A stretch of 63,928 bases of DNA, filler included, from Hyphochytrium catenoides (taxonomy: Eukaryota > Protista > Hyphochytriomycota): assembly GCA_900088475.1 (NCBI GenBank). It is 6 parts of 6 records of this genome, joined end to end, with 100 filler letters (N's around TTAATTAATTAA, not from the genome) between each part and the next. Parts side by side here need not be neighbours in the genome. Positions count along the whole stretch, not along the records: positions 33,687 to 50,007 come from FLMG01002615.1; positions 50,108 to 58,741 come from FLMG01000253.1; positions 58,842 to 63,928 come from FLMG01000515.1; 3 more parts are not named here. One strand, written 5' to 3'. Shown in pieces: positions 48,646 through 59,126 of this stretch (positions within the stretch are counted from its first letter, which is position 1; every line of letters starts with the position of its first letter). The notes under the pieces are model-generated. The model was not told where the DNA came from. It ran no database searches and saw only the letters and a list, made by a program, of their open reading frames with translations. The position numbers and the translations under genes are program-made.

Positions 48646-51098
48646 GTTGTGGGATCTCGGCATGGATGAAGAAGTGGCTCAACCGGTAGCTTTGGTCACC
48701 AATGTACCTGACCAAAAGACGGGCACTGCTGACGCCTTTGAGGCACTAGTCATACGTGAACAGCTGCATCTTCGGACTTACTTTTCCTTCTTCCTTCAGC
48801 GGTAGGAAGTTTCTCGTGCCGTTCTCTCCCGCTGTATCTCTTGTGCATGCTGTACTTTCTTTTGAACGAGTCCATTATTATCGGTCTGCTTAGAGGATGT
48901 CTCTTATTAGCCTGACCGTTCTGCCTACCCTTTCACTCTCTCTTGTTGGCAGGTTGCGATGATGTGACTTGTAGCCTTAGGCTCGGGCGGCCTTCTTGCA
49001 ACGCATGTCCGGCCATCTTTATGTAGGTAAGGAGCAACTGGTTGGCGGCTGGCGCGCTCAGGGTTACAGCAGAAGGGTACAAGCAACCGCTGCAGAGGAG
49101 TCCAGGAAGAGAATGCAAAGAGGAAGAGGACAACAAGAAATGATAGCAAGACGCACAGAGCCACAAGATGTTCTCTCTCTCTCTCTCTCTATTCTTTCCC
49201 TCCCGTCCATCTCATGCTCTTTCGCTTTTCTCTTTCCTATTATCTCTTCTTGGCCCTCGGCTGGGCTTTATGCTACTTTGGTCGGACGATAGCTCTCTCT
49301 TCTATATATCATAGTAGACACTATGACTCGTGTTCGTCGTCTTCTAATTCATCACTTAATGTAAGAAGAGTTATCAGCCCAACAGAGCGCGAGGAGCTCT
49401 TAGTAGGAAAGATCTGGGGCTTGTCTGCTGACGGTCAGGCTAAGCTGTTGCCGCCGCTTCTCTACTATATATAGACTTCTATGCACGTAGTAATGAGACC
49501 TCTGCAGTCTCCAAAGCAAGCGCAAAACGAGATGTAGGTGACCGCATAAGAGGAAGTCACCACGACAAGAGTGTCCTGCAAGAGTGAGAGAAACTCTTTG
49601 ACAGCGATGTATCCTCCAAAGGTCACACTAATGTCTTTGAGAGTTACCGCTGGGCATGCGGATGTGGAGCTTTCCCTTACAACCGCTCTCTCCACTCCTA
49701 ACCCTGACCTGTAGAAAGGGGAGGAGCTTACTCCAGTCAGTTGCCTTTGCTGCTTATCGATCACGCTCTGCCTCTGTCCTTTCAGGATGCCCGTTATTTA
49801 AGATAGCGCTCCGAGAGATCCATCGCTATCTTTGCCTTGGTGATCCATTCTACCATCGCCATAAGAGATGCCCTTTCTGGCTCCGACCACTTCCTCGAAG
49901 AGTACGCACTTTCCGAGAAACGTTGAGCGAACTGCATAGCCACGGGGCGGGAACCGGCCGCTTGGAAGGTCCTGTCAATGTGCATCTGTGTCTGCGGGAC
50001 GGCATCANNNNNNNNNNNNNNNNNNNNNNNNNNNNNNNNNNNNNNNNNNNNTTAATTAATTAANNNNNNNNNNNNNNNNNNNNNNNNNNNNNNNNNNNNN
50101 NNNNNNNTAGCCCCTTCGACCACTGCACAATCATTGTACAGCGCAGTACAACCGCGAACATATCACAGTTCTCAACAATATCATGTACTTTTCGCACAAG
50201 AGGGTGGCGTCTATGACCTAGATCCAACAAAAAAAAGAACGTACCACACCTAGCTACAAGACAAGGTGCGCTATCTCTCGGCACACGCGTCGGTACGTTG
50301 TTCTCCTCAAACGGAACAGGCCAGAAGCCCTCAATAATACGTACACACCACATCGAAAGCAACATGGATGAGCCACCAATACACAACCACCAACCAAAGG
50401 TCAGGTACCATTTGGCATCGCCGCCTGCCTGGGGCACCTCAACATTCCAGACATTAGGAAACTAGCCAAAGTCGCTGAAGGTATTATTCAGATCAACCAT
50501 GATGACGCTCAATTCTGCTCCGGATGCCTCTAGGCAAACTCACACGCCCCGCTGTAGGTTCCACAAGAAAGCGACTCCCAGTGCTTCAAGACCCCTGGAG
50601 CTAGTTCACTCCGATGTGGGAGTTGTCAAATCCCTTAGCATAGGAGGGCACCGCTACTATGTTGTCTTCGTAGATGATCACACCCGGCGGACTTTTCTCT
50701 ACTTGATTATGAGTCTGAAGATGAAGTGATTACTCACCTGGACACGTTTGTGCGACAAGCGGAACGACAAACTGGACGTAAAATCACCACATAGCTTGCC
50801 CTCAGACTCCAACACCTCCCCGCAGCTCGAACTCCCTATTATGAAGGGTCAAAGCTGAACCTTCAACAAAATCCAGAAAATTCGAAGAAGCGATCGAGGA
50901 GGAAAATACTGCCCAGAAGCCATAAAGGAGTACTGCAAAGCACGTGGAATGAACTCACAGCGCCGTACTCACCAGCACAGAATGGCGTCGCTGAACGTAG
51001 TGTTGAACTGTGATCGACGTTGAAATCAAAAGTGTACAGCGGACGACGCAGAGGGGAAGAAGCCCTGGTATATAAACAAAAACGGAGATTAGTCAAGC

Positions 51099-51179
51099 GT
51101 ACGTTTGGTGTATGGTGCATACTGGTTAGGGTGTCGGCATCAAAGACAGAGGTCCTGGGTTCGAATCCTGGAGCATATA
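51099..51179 (+). ncRNA. tRNA-like Pol III unit in the 5' LTR of TRIM 1
   Basis: TATATAAA at 51069 (-30); acceptor 5' strand GTACGTT; A-box-like TGGTGTATGG; B box GGTTCGAATCC; TTTT downstream; abnormal anticodon arm. Confidence 0.75.
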
Positions 51180-51528
51180 AAACTTTTCTCCGGTATATCC
51201 AGACACCCCCCAATATTAATTAAAGTGCCCCTCCATCCAATGATAAAATCTAACATGGTGTGGTAGCTTTGTTAAGTGCTCACCATCCAATGATAAAATC
51301 TAACGTGGTGTACGCTCAGAGCGATTTAGCTCGGGCAATATAGTGAGCCATTCGGTTCTGTGACCACGGATGACCATCACAGTTCCATTTAAATCTAGAG
51401 CTTACAGAGTTCCCTAGATTCCGGGGGAGTGTTGAACTGTGATCGACGTTGAAACCAAAAAGTGTACAGCGGACGACGTAGAGGGGAAGAACCCCTGGTA
51501 TATAAACAAGAACGAAGATTAGTCAAGG

Positions 51529-51609
51529 GTACGTTTAGTGTATCGTGCATACTGGTTAGGGTGTCGGCATCAAAGACAGAGGTCCTGGGTTCGAATCCCG
51601 GAGCTTACG
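51529..51609 (+). ncRNA. tRNA-like Pol III unit in the 3' LTR of TRIM 1
   Basis: Same unit with T arm CTGGG-TTCGAAT-CCCGG. Confidence 0.75.
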
Positions 51610-52344
51610 AAACTTTTCTCCGGTATATCCAGACAATCACAATATTTCTGATTTAAGTGCTTACCATCCAATGATGATAACTCTAACACGTAGTCTACAG
51701 CGCAGTCTTGTGGAGTCCGCTCGCTGCCTGCTCCGCGCTGCAAAACTTCCCTTATCGTTTCGTCGAGAAGCCGTTAAAACAGCAGCTCACCTTGGAAGCA
51801 TGTATCCCACCCCAGCACTTACAAGGACAACACACCCTATAAAATGTGGGAGGGTAAAAACCCTGGCTTGAGTCATCTGCGTGCTTTGGTTTTCAAGCTT
51901 ATGGTCTCATCCCTGACCAGGAACAGACCAAGATGGATGCTAAGGCTAAGTGGGTTATGCAGATCATTCAAAGGCGTATCGCTTATATGATCCACAGAAA
52001 AAGAGAATCATTGAAATATGATGTCGCATTGAACGAGAACCAGACTGGATACGTGGAAACATCACCTCCACCAGAGGATGTCGACATACTCTTTGAGATA
52101 CTAAATGAAGAAGCCCACGACGCGACTCCAGCTCTAGTCGAAGATCCAGAAACCTAATTAATAGATGGCCCCGGCGTCGCGGTAACAATTGACGTATCTG
52201 ACCCAGCCAACCTTGACAACACCGAGGGGTGTACGGAAGACGACACCAAGATGAAGAAGATGTTGAACTCTACAGAGCTAGATGGCAATGCCAGAAGCTT
52301 CCGTATGAGCACAATCTAGATTACACGATACAAAGGGACCGACT

Positions 52345-52591
52345 GGGTCTTGATAAATGATTGAGATTTCTCTGAATGACTGAGTCATGAGTCTGTCTGG
52401 TCTGCTTTCAAAATCTTTTGCTCGGCCCAGCTTCCCTCGTCTTCTCTCTCTCCTGTGCTGCTCCAGCGTTCTTCTGGAACTCTTCTCACATCTCTCTTTC
52501 CCATAACACAGGTGTACCCGTAACATCTATGTCCCTGAGAGCTTGGTGTGTATAGAGAGTGACTACTGTACTACTGACAACGAACATTGTA
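52345..52591 (-). mobile_element. LTR-like repeat (family A) after the RNase H end of copia element 2; inverted homologue at 57869-58440
   Basis: Shares GTAGTCACTCTCTATACACAC...GTTACGGGTACACCTGTGTTATGGGAA...GGCCGAGCAAAAGAT with 57869-58440. A purine tract GAAGGGGA precedes it on the minus strand. Confidence 0.7.
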
Positions 52592-53326
52592 TCCCCTTCA
52601 TACCTAGCTTCTCTGGATCATCAGGGTGGCGGTCGAATTAACTTACCTAATTGTCGGTCTCACTCACTCTCTCCTCCTCAGACGAAGCTAGGTGGTTAGT
52701 GGCAAGAGTACTGATACTAGGCGGGAGCACTCCAAGGTGAGGACGACGCAGTCCGAAAGAGAGGAGCAGGTAAAGGCTTGGTGAGGCAATCGGCCACCAT
52801 AGCTGCACAGGGAGTATAGACCAGCTTAATTCTCCCAATGATTACCTTCTCTTGCACGACACAGTGCTTTTGACATCCAAAGTCTTTGAGCTTTCGTCGT
52901 GAAGGAGCAGAGGACAATCGCGCTCTGCTTGTCCTGGTTAATAGGAATGGGCAGCTGGTTGAAGAGTAGCCGAGCTAGCCCAGGAACACACTGAAGTGCT
53001 CTGCGACCTGGCATCCGGACCAAAGAGAGACGCACTCCGCTTCCGTTGTTGACGACGCTCTGAGAGATTGTTTCTTTGACTTCCATGCAAAAGCACCGCC
53101 GTTGAGGCGCAATAAATAGCCTGTGATAGACTTGCGGTCAGCTGGGTGACTAGCCCAATCAGCATCAGCCTGGACAAAGAGTTGAATAGGGGAGGGTATC
53201 TCCCCCCAGACACAAGAAGTAGTCTTGGGTGGCCTTCAGGTAGGTGAAGATACGTTTGACAGCCTCGCAGTGTACGTGGCGGAAGGTAGTGACGTGTTGG
53301 CTCACAGCTTATACCGCATAAGATAT

Positions 53327-54166
53327 ACAATACAGCAGGCAAGCCTGAGGGCTCACCCTTTTAGATAGGGTTAATCCAGCCTTGACCAGCAGGATTATTT
53401 GTACGAGTACATTGTACTTGCTCAAGCAGGATTAGACCAGTGTACTCCGTTATTATTAGATTAGAGCATCTTTTAGAGACTATTATTCGCAGCAAATCGA
53501 GATTTGATGAATAATAACCGATTATAGTTGTTTTTATTTGGAATAGTAACCGGGTATATTTGTTTTATAGCAATAGCCGGTAGGTCTAATAACAGCTATA
53601 TAAATACAACTACAACAGGGAGGAGTTGGAGCGGATTTGGTTCCTCAGTATAGTATGGGGAATAGAGAGAAGCGGAAACGACTACAGAGTACAGCGTCAA
53701 AAAGAACTGAGAGTACGATTAGACTATACAGTACCGGAACCTGCCCCCTTTCGTGCAACAGATACACCCTTTGGCTTGTTTTGAGAGTGAACTAACCCAA
53801 AGACGAACAATATGCTTTTGATAAATCGGTTATTTGGTGATTACAAAAACTGACCAATCACAGAATTAACGACATTTTGCATTTGTTTTCAAAGTCCTTT
53901 TGGCTTCTTTTCGCCTCCCTTTCATGTTCCTATTAACGTAAGCACTTACATTTATTCGAACCGAGAAAGCTTATCTAAATGGTGATTGGAAGCAAATCAT
54001 GAATTTACGTCAACCTCAGAATTGTGCTGGTCCCGGGGTACGGTTTACTACCTGTGAACAGACAGACAGACAGACAGACAGACAGACGCGGACGACAAAT
54101 CGGAAAAATTCTGCACCGCCTGACGCAAAAACCTAAACAAAAAAGCTTCGCCCTTCGGGCTCGCCA
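53327..54166. mobile_element. ~840-bp non-autonomous insertion without TSD; Helitron/Helentron-like
   Basis: Removing it restores copia CCT GAT|ATA TCT TAT (PD|ISY). Imperfect palindromic subterminal inverted repeats at 53338-53352 and 54150-54165; (ACAG)n at ~54058-54087. Confidence 0.65.
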
Positions 54167-55823
54167 ATCAGGCCGCGTGCACACCATGACGTACAGCAAG
54201 GAACCCACTGCTTGACGATAAGGGTGCGAGCCAGCCGGTCAACAGCGTCATCATCAGAAAGAGGAATGCGTAGAAGCTTTGGGCAAGTACGTCTTAGGCA
54301 CCGCCCGAATAGGATTGGGGTAGGCATCAAGTAGGTTGAAGCACTCCAAGATCTCGTTATTATACTTTGACTGTCGAAGGTATATCTTCCTAGCAGCTCG
54401 ATCCCGCTTTACTTGAATGCCCAAGTACTACTCTAACTCCCCCAGATCGGTGATGGAGAAACGAGCAGACAGCATAGTCTTGAGACCTGCAATTTGCTCG
54501 GTGGTGTGGGAGCAAAGAGGCGCATGTCGTCAACGAAGGCGCCGACGATCTCAAGGTGGTCCTCAGGTCTCGAAGAGTGGCGCTTGACGTATACCCCAAA
54601 GTCACAAACGCTGCGCTGGAACCCTTGCTCAATCAGATAATGGTGCATCGTGTCATTCCACATCTTGGGGCTCTGGCGGAGACCATATATCGACTTCTTC
54701 AGCTTCCAGAGGTGATCTTCCTTCCTTCCTGTCCAGGGGTTGCAACAAAGCCCAATGGCTGACGCATGTACACCTGCTCGTCAAGATTGCCGTTCAGGAA
54801 GGTGGTCTTGATATCGACGTGATCACTTCTAGATTCAGTGTGGCGGCGAGCGAGAGAAGGCAGCGCACAGTGTCATGCCCTATTACTGGAGCAAAGACCT
54901 CGCTAAAGTCAATACCTTGCTTCTGTCGATTGCCAAGAGCGTCTAGACGTGCCTTGTACTTGTCCGCTGAGCCATCGCTATGCAACTTGACCCTAAAGAC
55001 TCATTGAGAGCCGATGACATGAGCGCCGGGGGTGGGGGGCACTAGATCGTAAACCTCATGGACTGCGTTGATGTAAGCTCTGAGGTAATGGCGGCTAGCC
55101 ATTCTGTGGCATGAGGTCTAGAGAGTGCCTCGCGGACTGTTTTCGGTTCAGAGCATGCAGAAGATTAGCCTGGCCTATTGGAAAAGAGAGAGAGTCTTCC
55201 CGTAGCAGTCTATCACGACCACGAGTGAGGGACCGAGTGGAGAAGTGATTGTGGTCGGAGAGGAAGGAGAAGAAGAAGCTGCCGGATGATCTTCATCTTC
55301 GCCAAGCTCGCTCGTCTCCGTTCCACCAGCAACGCTGCTCTCTGGCTCCGGCCCCAGAAAGTCGTCGGTGGGCTCCTCTGGACTTGCTTCGTCAGCAGAA
55401 GGTGCATTTTCTTTTTCTGCTTGTCTCGCTGCACTCGGTTCCCCACCTAGTTGCCCTGCTTCAGCGGCAGTTGCTTCCTCGTTCCCTATGTTGGGAAACA
55501 AAGAGACATAGTCATAATGTTGGTGCCTTTTTGCCTGTTTGAGTAGAAAGGTTCCAGAGCGAGACTCGTCGATAACCACATCACGCCGCACAGANNNNNN
55601 NNNNNNNNNNNNNNNNNNNNNAAGACGCGTAGGTGACCAACATCAGGCGGCTTGCCGTACCACTTCTCATAGGGGGTAGCGCCATCGAGTGAAGCAGTAG
55701 TAGGACAGCGATTGATCACATGAACTGCGGAGGCCAATGCATCTGCCCAAAAGAGGCTAGGCGGGTCAGTAGCAATGAGAAGGCATCTCGTCGCCTGCAT
55801 GACAGTTTAGTATGCACCATATC

Positions 55824-55841
55824 AAACAGGTTATGGGCCCA
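55824..55841 (+). mobile_element. LTR end (AACA) plus half-tRNA-iMet-type PBS GGTTATGGGCCCA from another copia-type insertion remnant
   Basis: The sequence is complementary to the tRNA-iMet anticodon arm, the PBS type used by Drosophila copia. Confidence 0.6.
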
Positions 55842-55996
55842 CGCGTCCCCCGGGACTCGGAAACTTGTTCTGAGGCCTCTGAACCAACTACTGGACCATT
55901 GCGATCCCGACCGACACCAAGATCAAGTAGTAGTCATTATCGCATCCACCACTGCTAAGTCCGGCCACTTGGATGCCAGGACAACGCTGGAGATGG

Positions 55997-56317
55997 TGTT
56001 GGAGTCTGAGGCACAGCTATGTGGACTACAAGCTGCCAAGCTTAACTACCCAAGTTTCAGCTCCAAACTCCCAGTAGAAGCCGAGATATGAAGCAAACGA
56101 AATATCCCTGTTTATATCTATGGCTTATGGTCATTACCCCGGAATACCTTCAGGACTGACTATTCCAGACAGTTATATCTCTATAACTCCATATCTTAGA
56201 CTTTATTAGGAATAGTTGGAATAGTCAGAATAGCTCTAGATTATGGGACCCCAGTTGGGCTTAAGTTGAGCACTCTCATCTAATGACATTGTCCAATCAT
56301 CCCATACAAATCCAACA
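55997..56317 (-). mobile_element. LTR family B copy (TGTTGG...TCCAACA); homologue at 58061-58382 and end fragment at ~50787-50813
   Basis: ~320-bp inverted near-identity with 58061-58382; TG...CA termini. Confidence 0.85.
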
Positions 56318-56595
56318 TTCTCATCCAGCCTTCACGGCACTCGTTGCTAGAGGGGGAATAAGCAGGTATAGGAGAGTGCAGGACCCCCCGGCGAGAACAC
56401 ACTCTGCGAGCCCAGCACTGTTAACGAACTCCCCCCGCGATCGGAGCGTATCTCCCTCACGCGCTCACCCCTCGGGTTCTCCATGAAAGAATGGGCTCCT
56501 TCAACTTAGCTTCTGCTTCTCCTTTGCTCCGAAGAAATTGCACAAAGCACCTCCGAGAGTAATCATCCACCACGAGCAGAAGATGTACTAGCCTT

Positions 56596-57197
56596 TGNNN
56601 NNNNNNNNNNNNNNNNNNNNNNNNNNNNNNNNNNNNNNNNNNNNNNNNNNNNNNNNNNNNNNNNNNNNNNNNNNNNNNNNNNNNNNNNNNNNNNNNNNNN
56701 NNNNNNNNNNACACCAAACGCACCCTTGACTAATCTCCGTTTTTGTTTATATACCAGGGACTTTCCCCTCTGCGTCGTCCGCTTTACACTGTTTGTTTCA
56801 ACGTCAATCACAGTTCAACACTCCCCCAGATTTTGGAGACCTCTGTAAGCTCTAGATCCAAATGGAACTGTGATGGTCATCCGTGGTCACAGAACCGAAT
56901 GGCTCACTATATTGCCCGTGTTAAATCGCTCGAAGCGTACACCATGTTAGATTTTATCATTTGGTGGTGGGCACTTTGAATTAATATTGGGAGGTGTCTG
57001 GATATACCAGACAAAAGTTTTGTACGCTCCGGATTCAAACCCAGGACCTCTGTCTTTGATGCCGACACCCTAACCAGTATGCACGATACACCAAACGTAC
57101 ACTTGACCAATCTCCGTTTTGATTATATACCAGGGGTTCTTCCCCTCTGCGTCGTCCGCTGTACACTTTTGGTTTCAACGTCGATCAGAGTTCAACA
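56596..57197 (-). mobile_element. TRIM copy 2 (5' LTR 57197-56945, PBS 56944-56934, PPT 56827-56821, 3' LTR 56820-56596 partly in a gap)
   Basis: Same family as 51001-51688; TSD GCCTT at 56591-56595 and 57198-57202. Confidence 0.9.
57021..57100 (-). ncRNA. tRNA-like unit in the TRIM 2 5' LTR with intact acceptor stem GTACGTT/AGCGTAC and discriminator A
   Basis: 7-bp acceptor pairing, T arm, AAACTTTT trailer and upstream TATATAA. Confidence 0.75.
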
Positions 57198-57299
57198 GCC
57201 TTGATAGGTACGAGTATTGACAATGCCAACGTCGGCGTGCAGAAGTTCCAGCAAGCTTGTTGTCTTACGGGACTGAGCGTGGTAAGGCTTACGAGTTAG

Positions 57300-57622
57300 C
57301 CTCTAGATTCAAATCGAACTGTGATGGTCAACCGTGGTCCCAGAACCGAGTGGCTCAGTTAAATCGCTCAGAGCCTACACCATGGTCTATTTACTATCAT
57401 GTGGTTGGTGGTGTGCACTGTGGATTGATACTGGGGGGTTGTTTGAATATATCGGAGAAAAGGTTTGTACTACGCTCCGGGATTCGAATCCAGGACCTCT
57501 ATTTGATGCCGACACCTTAACCAGCAGTATGTACCCATACACCAGACGTACCCTTTAACTAATCTCCATTTTGTTCATATACTGGGGCTTTTTCACCTCG
57601 GCGTCGTCCGCTGTACACTTTT
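57300..57622 (-). mobile_element. Older truncated TRIM copy 3 (partial LTR with tRNA-like unit, PBS TGGTGTAGGCTC, internal region)
   Basis: Diverged homology to copies 1 and 2. Confidence 0.85.
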
Positions 57623-57868
57623 GCTATCTTAGCTCTTGAGACCCGAGGGTGACTTAAGATGCTCTCAGTTCCAGACTCTGCCTCGCAAGAGGGAGAATGC
57701 GCAAAAACAAGTGTTTTAGAGGTCTGATAAGCAGGTAATAATCAGAGGGAAGTCATCATGGGAACTGCAAAACAGTAACTAGATCTTGTAGACTTCAAGA
57801 CACACTTACTATTAGATCCTAGAAGGAGTTTATAGGGTTACTGTACCGTATGGTATAAGAAGTATCTG

Positions 57869-58440
57869 ATGTTGAGTGCTACAATGTTCAATGTAGTCAC
57901 TCTCTATACACACCTAGCTCTCCAGGACATAGACGTTACGGGTACACCTGTGTTATGGGAATGAGGGATATGAGAAAAATACCCAGAACACAGGAACAGC
58001 ACAGCAGAGAGAGATAATGAGGGAAACTGGGGCCGAGCAAAAGATCTCGAGACCGAGACTTTTTGGATATATGGGATGATTGGACAATGTCATTAGATGA
58101 GAGTGCTCGACTTATAAGCCCAACTGGGGTCCCATAAACTAGAGCTATTCTGACTATGCCAACTATTCCTAATAAACCCGAAGATATTCAGTCATAGAGA
58201 AATCCCTGTCTAGAACAGTCAGTCCTGAAGGTATTCCGGGGTACTGACCATAAGCCATAGATATAAACAGGGACATTTCGTTTGCTTCATATCTCGGCTT
58301 CTACTGGGAGTTTAGAGCTGAAACTTGGGTAGTTAAGCTTGCCAGCTTGTAGTCCACATAGCTGTGCCCTCAGACTCCAACAGACTCTCAGCACTCAGCC
58401 ATCATTCAGTGAAATCTCAATCACATAAATACCAAATACA
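57869..58440 (+). mobile_element. Family A LTR interrupted by a solo family B LTR (58061-58382, GACT duplicated at the flanks)
   Basis: Family A homology resumes after 58382; GACT is present on both sides. Confidence 0.75.
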
Positions 58441-59126
58441 GACATCAATGCCCAGTCTTAAGGGTAAGGGTACCAATTCTGAACCGGGTACCAATTGCGA
58501 AACACTGGATGTTGCATAAGCTCATTTAGCCCATAGAAATACGGTACTAACCGTTGATTGACGCGGCGAGTATGAAATGGAAGCGATTCGTCCGTTATCA
58601 TCGTCGTTCTGATCTCCCCGCTGCTCTTTCGTTCTCCTTTTCATCACCTTATTCCCGATGACTAATCTCCTTCCCTCGCTCCTTCCTCGTCCTGTCCTCT
58701 ACCTTCTTCTCCTTCGTCGTTATTATGCAATTGATCATCTTNNNNNNNNNNNNNNNNNNNNNNNNNNNNNNNNNNNNNNNNNNNNTTAATTAATTAANNN
58801 NNNNNNNNNNNNNNNNNNNNNNNNNNNNNNNNNNNNNNNNNAGAGAGAGAAAGAGAGAGAGGTGAGGCAAAGAGAACGAGAACGAGAACAAGACGCAAAG
58901 AACAATGACCGGCAGTGCTTCATAGAACAGAAAGCGAGAGACAAAGTATATAGAGAGAATAGAGAGGAGAGAGGAAGAGAAGAAGAGAAAGAGAGCGACA
59001 GAGGAAGGAAAGAGAGGAAAGGGAATGGAAGAAAGGAAACCAGAAAGAGAGAGCGTAAGAGAGAGAGAGAGAGAAAGAAAGAGAGAGAGAGCAGCAAAGC
59101 TGGCTCCCAGATGGAAAAGGCTCCTC

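Larger units (their letters stand above)
51001..51688 (+). mobile_element. TRIM copy 1 with tRNA-like LTRs (5' LTR 51001-51255, PBS 51306-51317, PPT 51423-51429, 3' LTR 51430-51688)
   Basis: TGTTGAAC...CTAACA LTR termini; 5-bp TSD CGTAG at 50996-51000 and 51689-51693; GGGGGAG PPT; no coding capacity. Confidence 0.93.
50108..52270 (+). mobile_element. Decayed Ty1/copia element 1 (GAG-pre-integrase and integrase), interrupted by a TRIM
   Basis: WHRRL/GHLN; PLELVHSDVG...YYVVFVDDHTR; TAPYSPAQNGVAER; SLVESARCLLRAAKLP; frameshifts and stops. Confidence 0.9.
52600..57293 (-). mobile_element. Decayed Ty1/copia element 2 (integrase-RT-RNase H) with nested insertions
   Basis: LELLHADVG, VVDDYSR, IRSDRGGEF, TPYEKWYGKPPDVGHLRV, KYKARL...QKQGIDFSEVFAPV, KKSIYGLRQSP, FVDDM, GSLLYVMVCTRPD, MVADCLTKPL. 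Confidence 0.93.

Noticed and set aside
51099-51179. Functional tRNA gene or stand-alone SINE
   Set aside because: The anticodon arm is non-canonical, and the unit lies inside TG...CA LTRs with PBS, PPT and 5-bp TSD, with no SINE tail.
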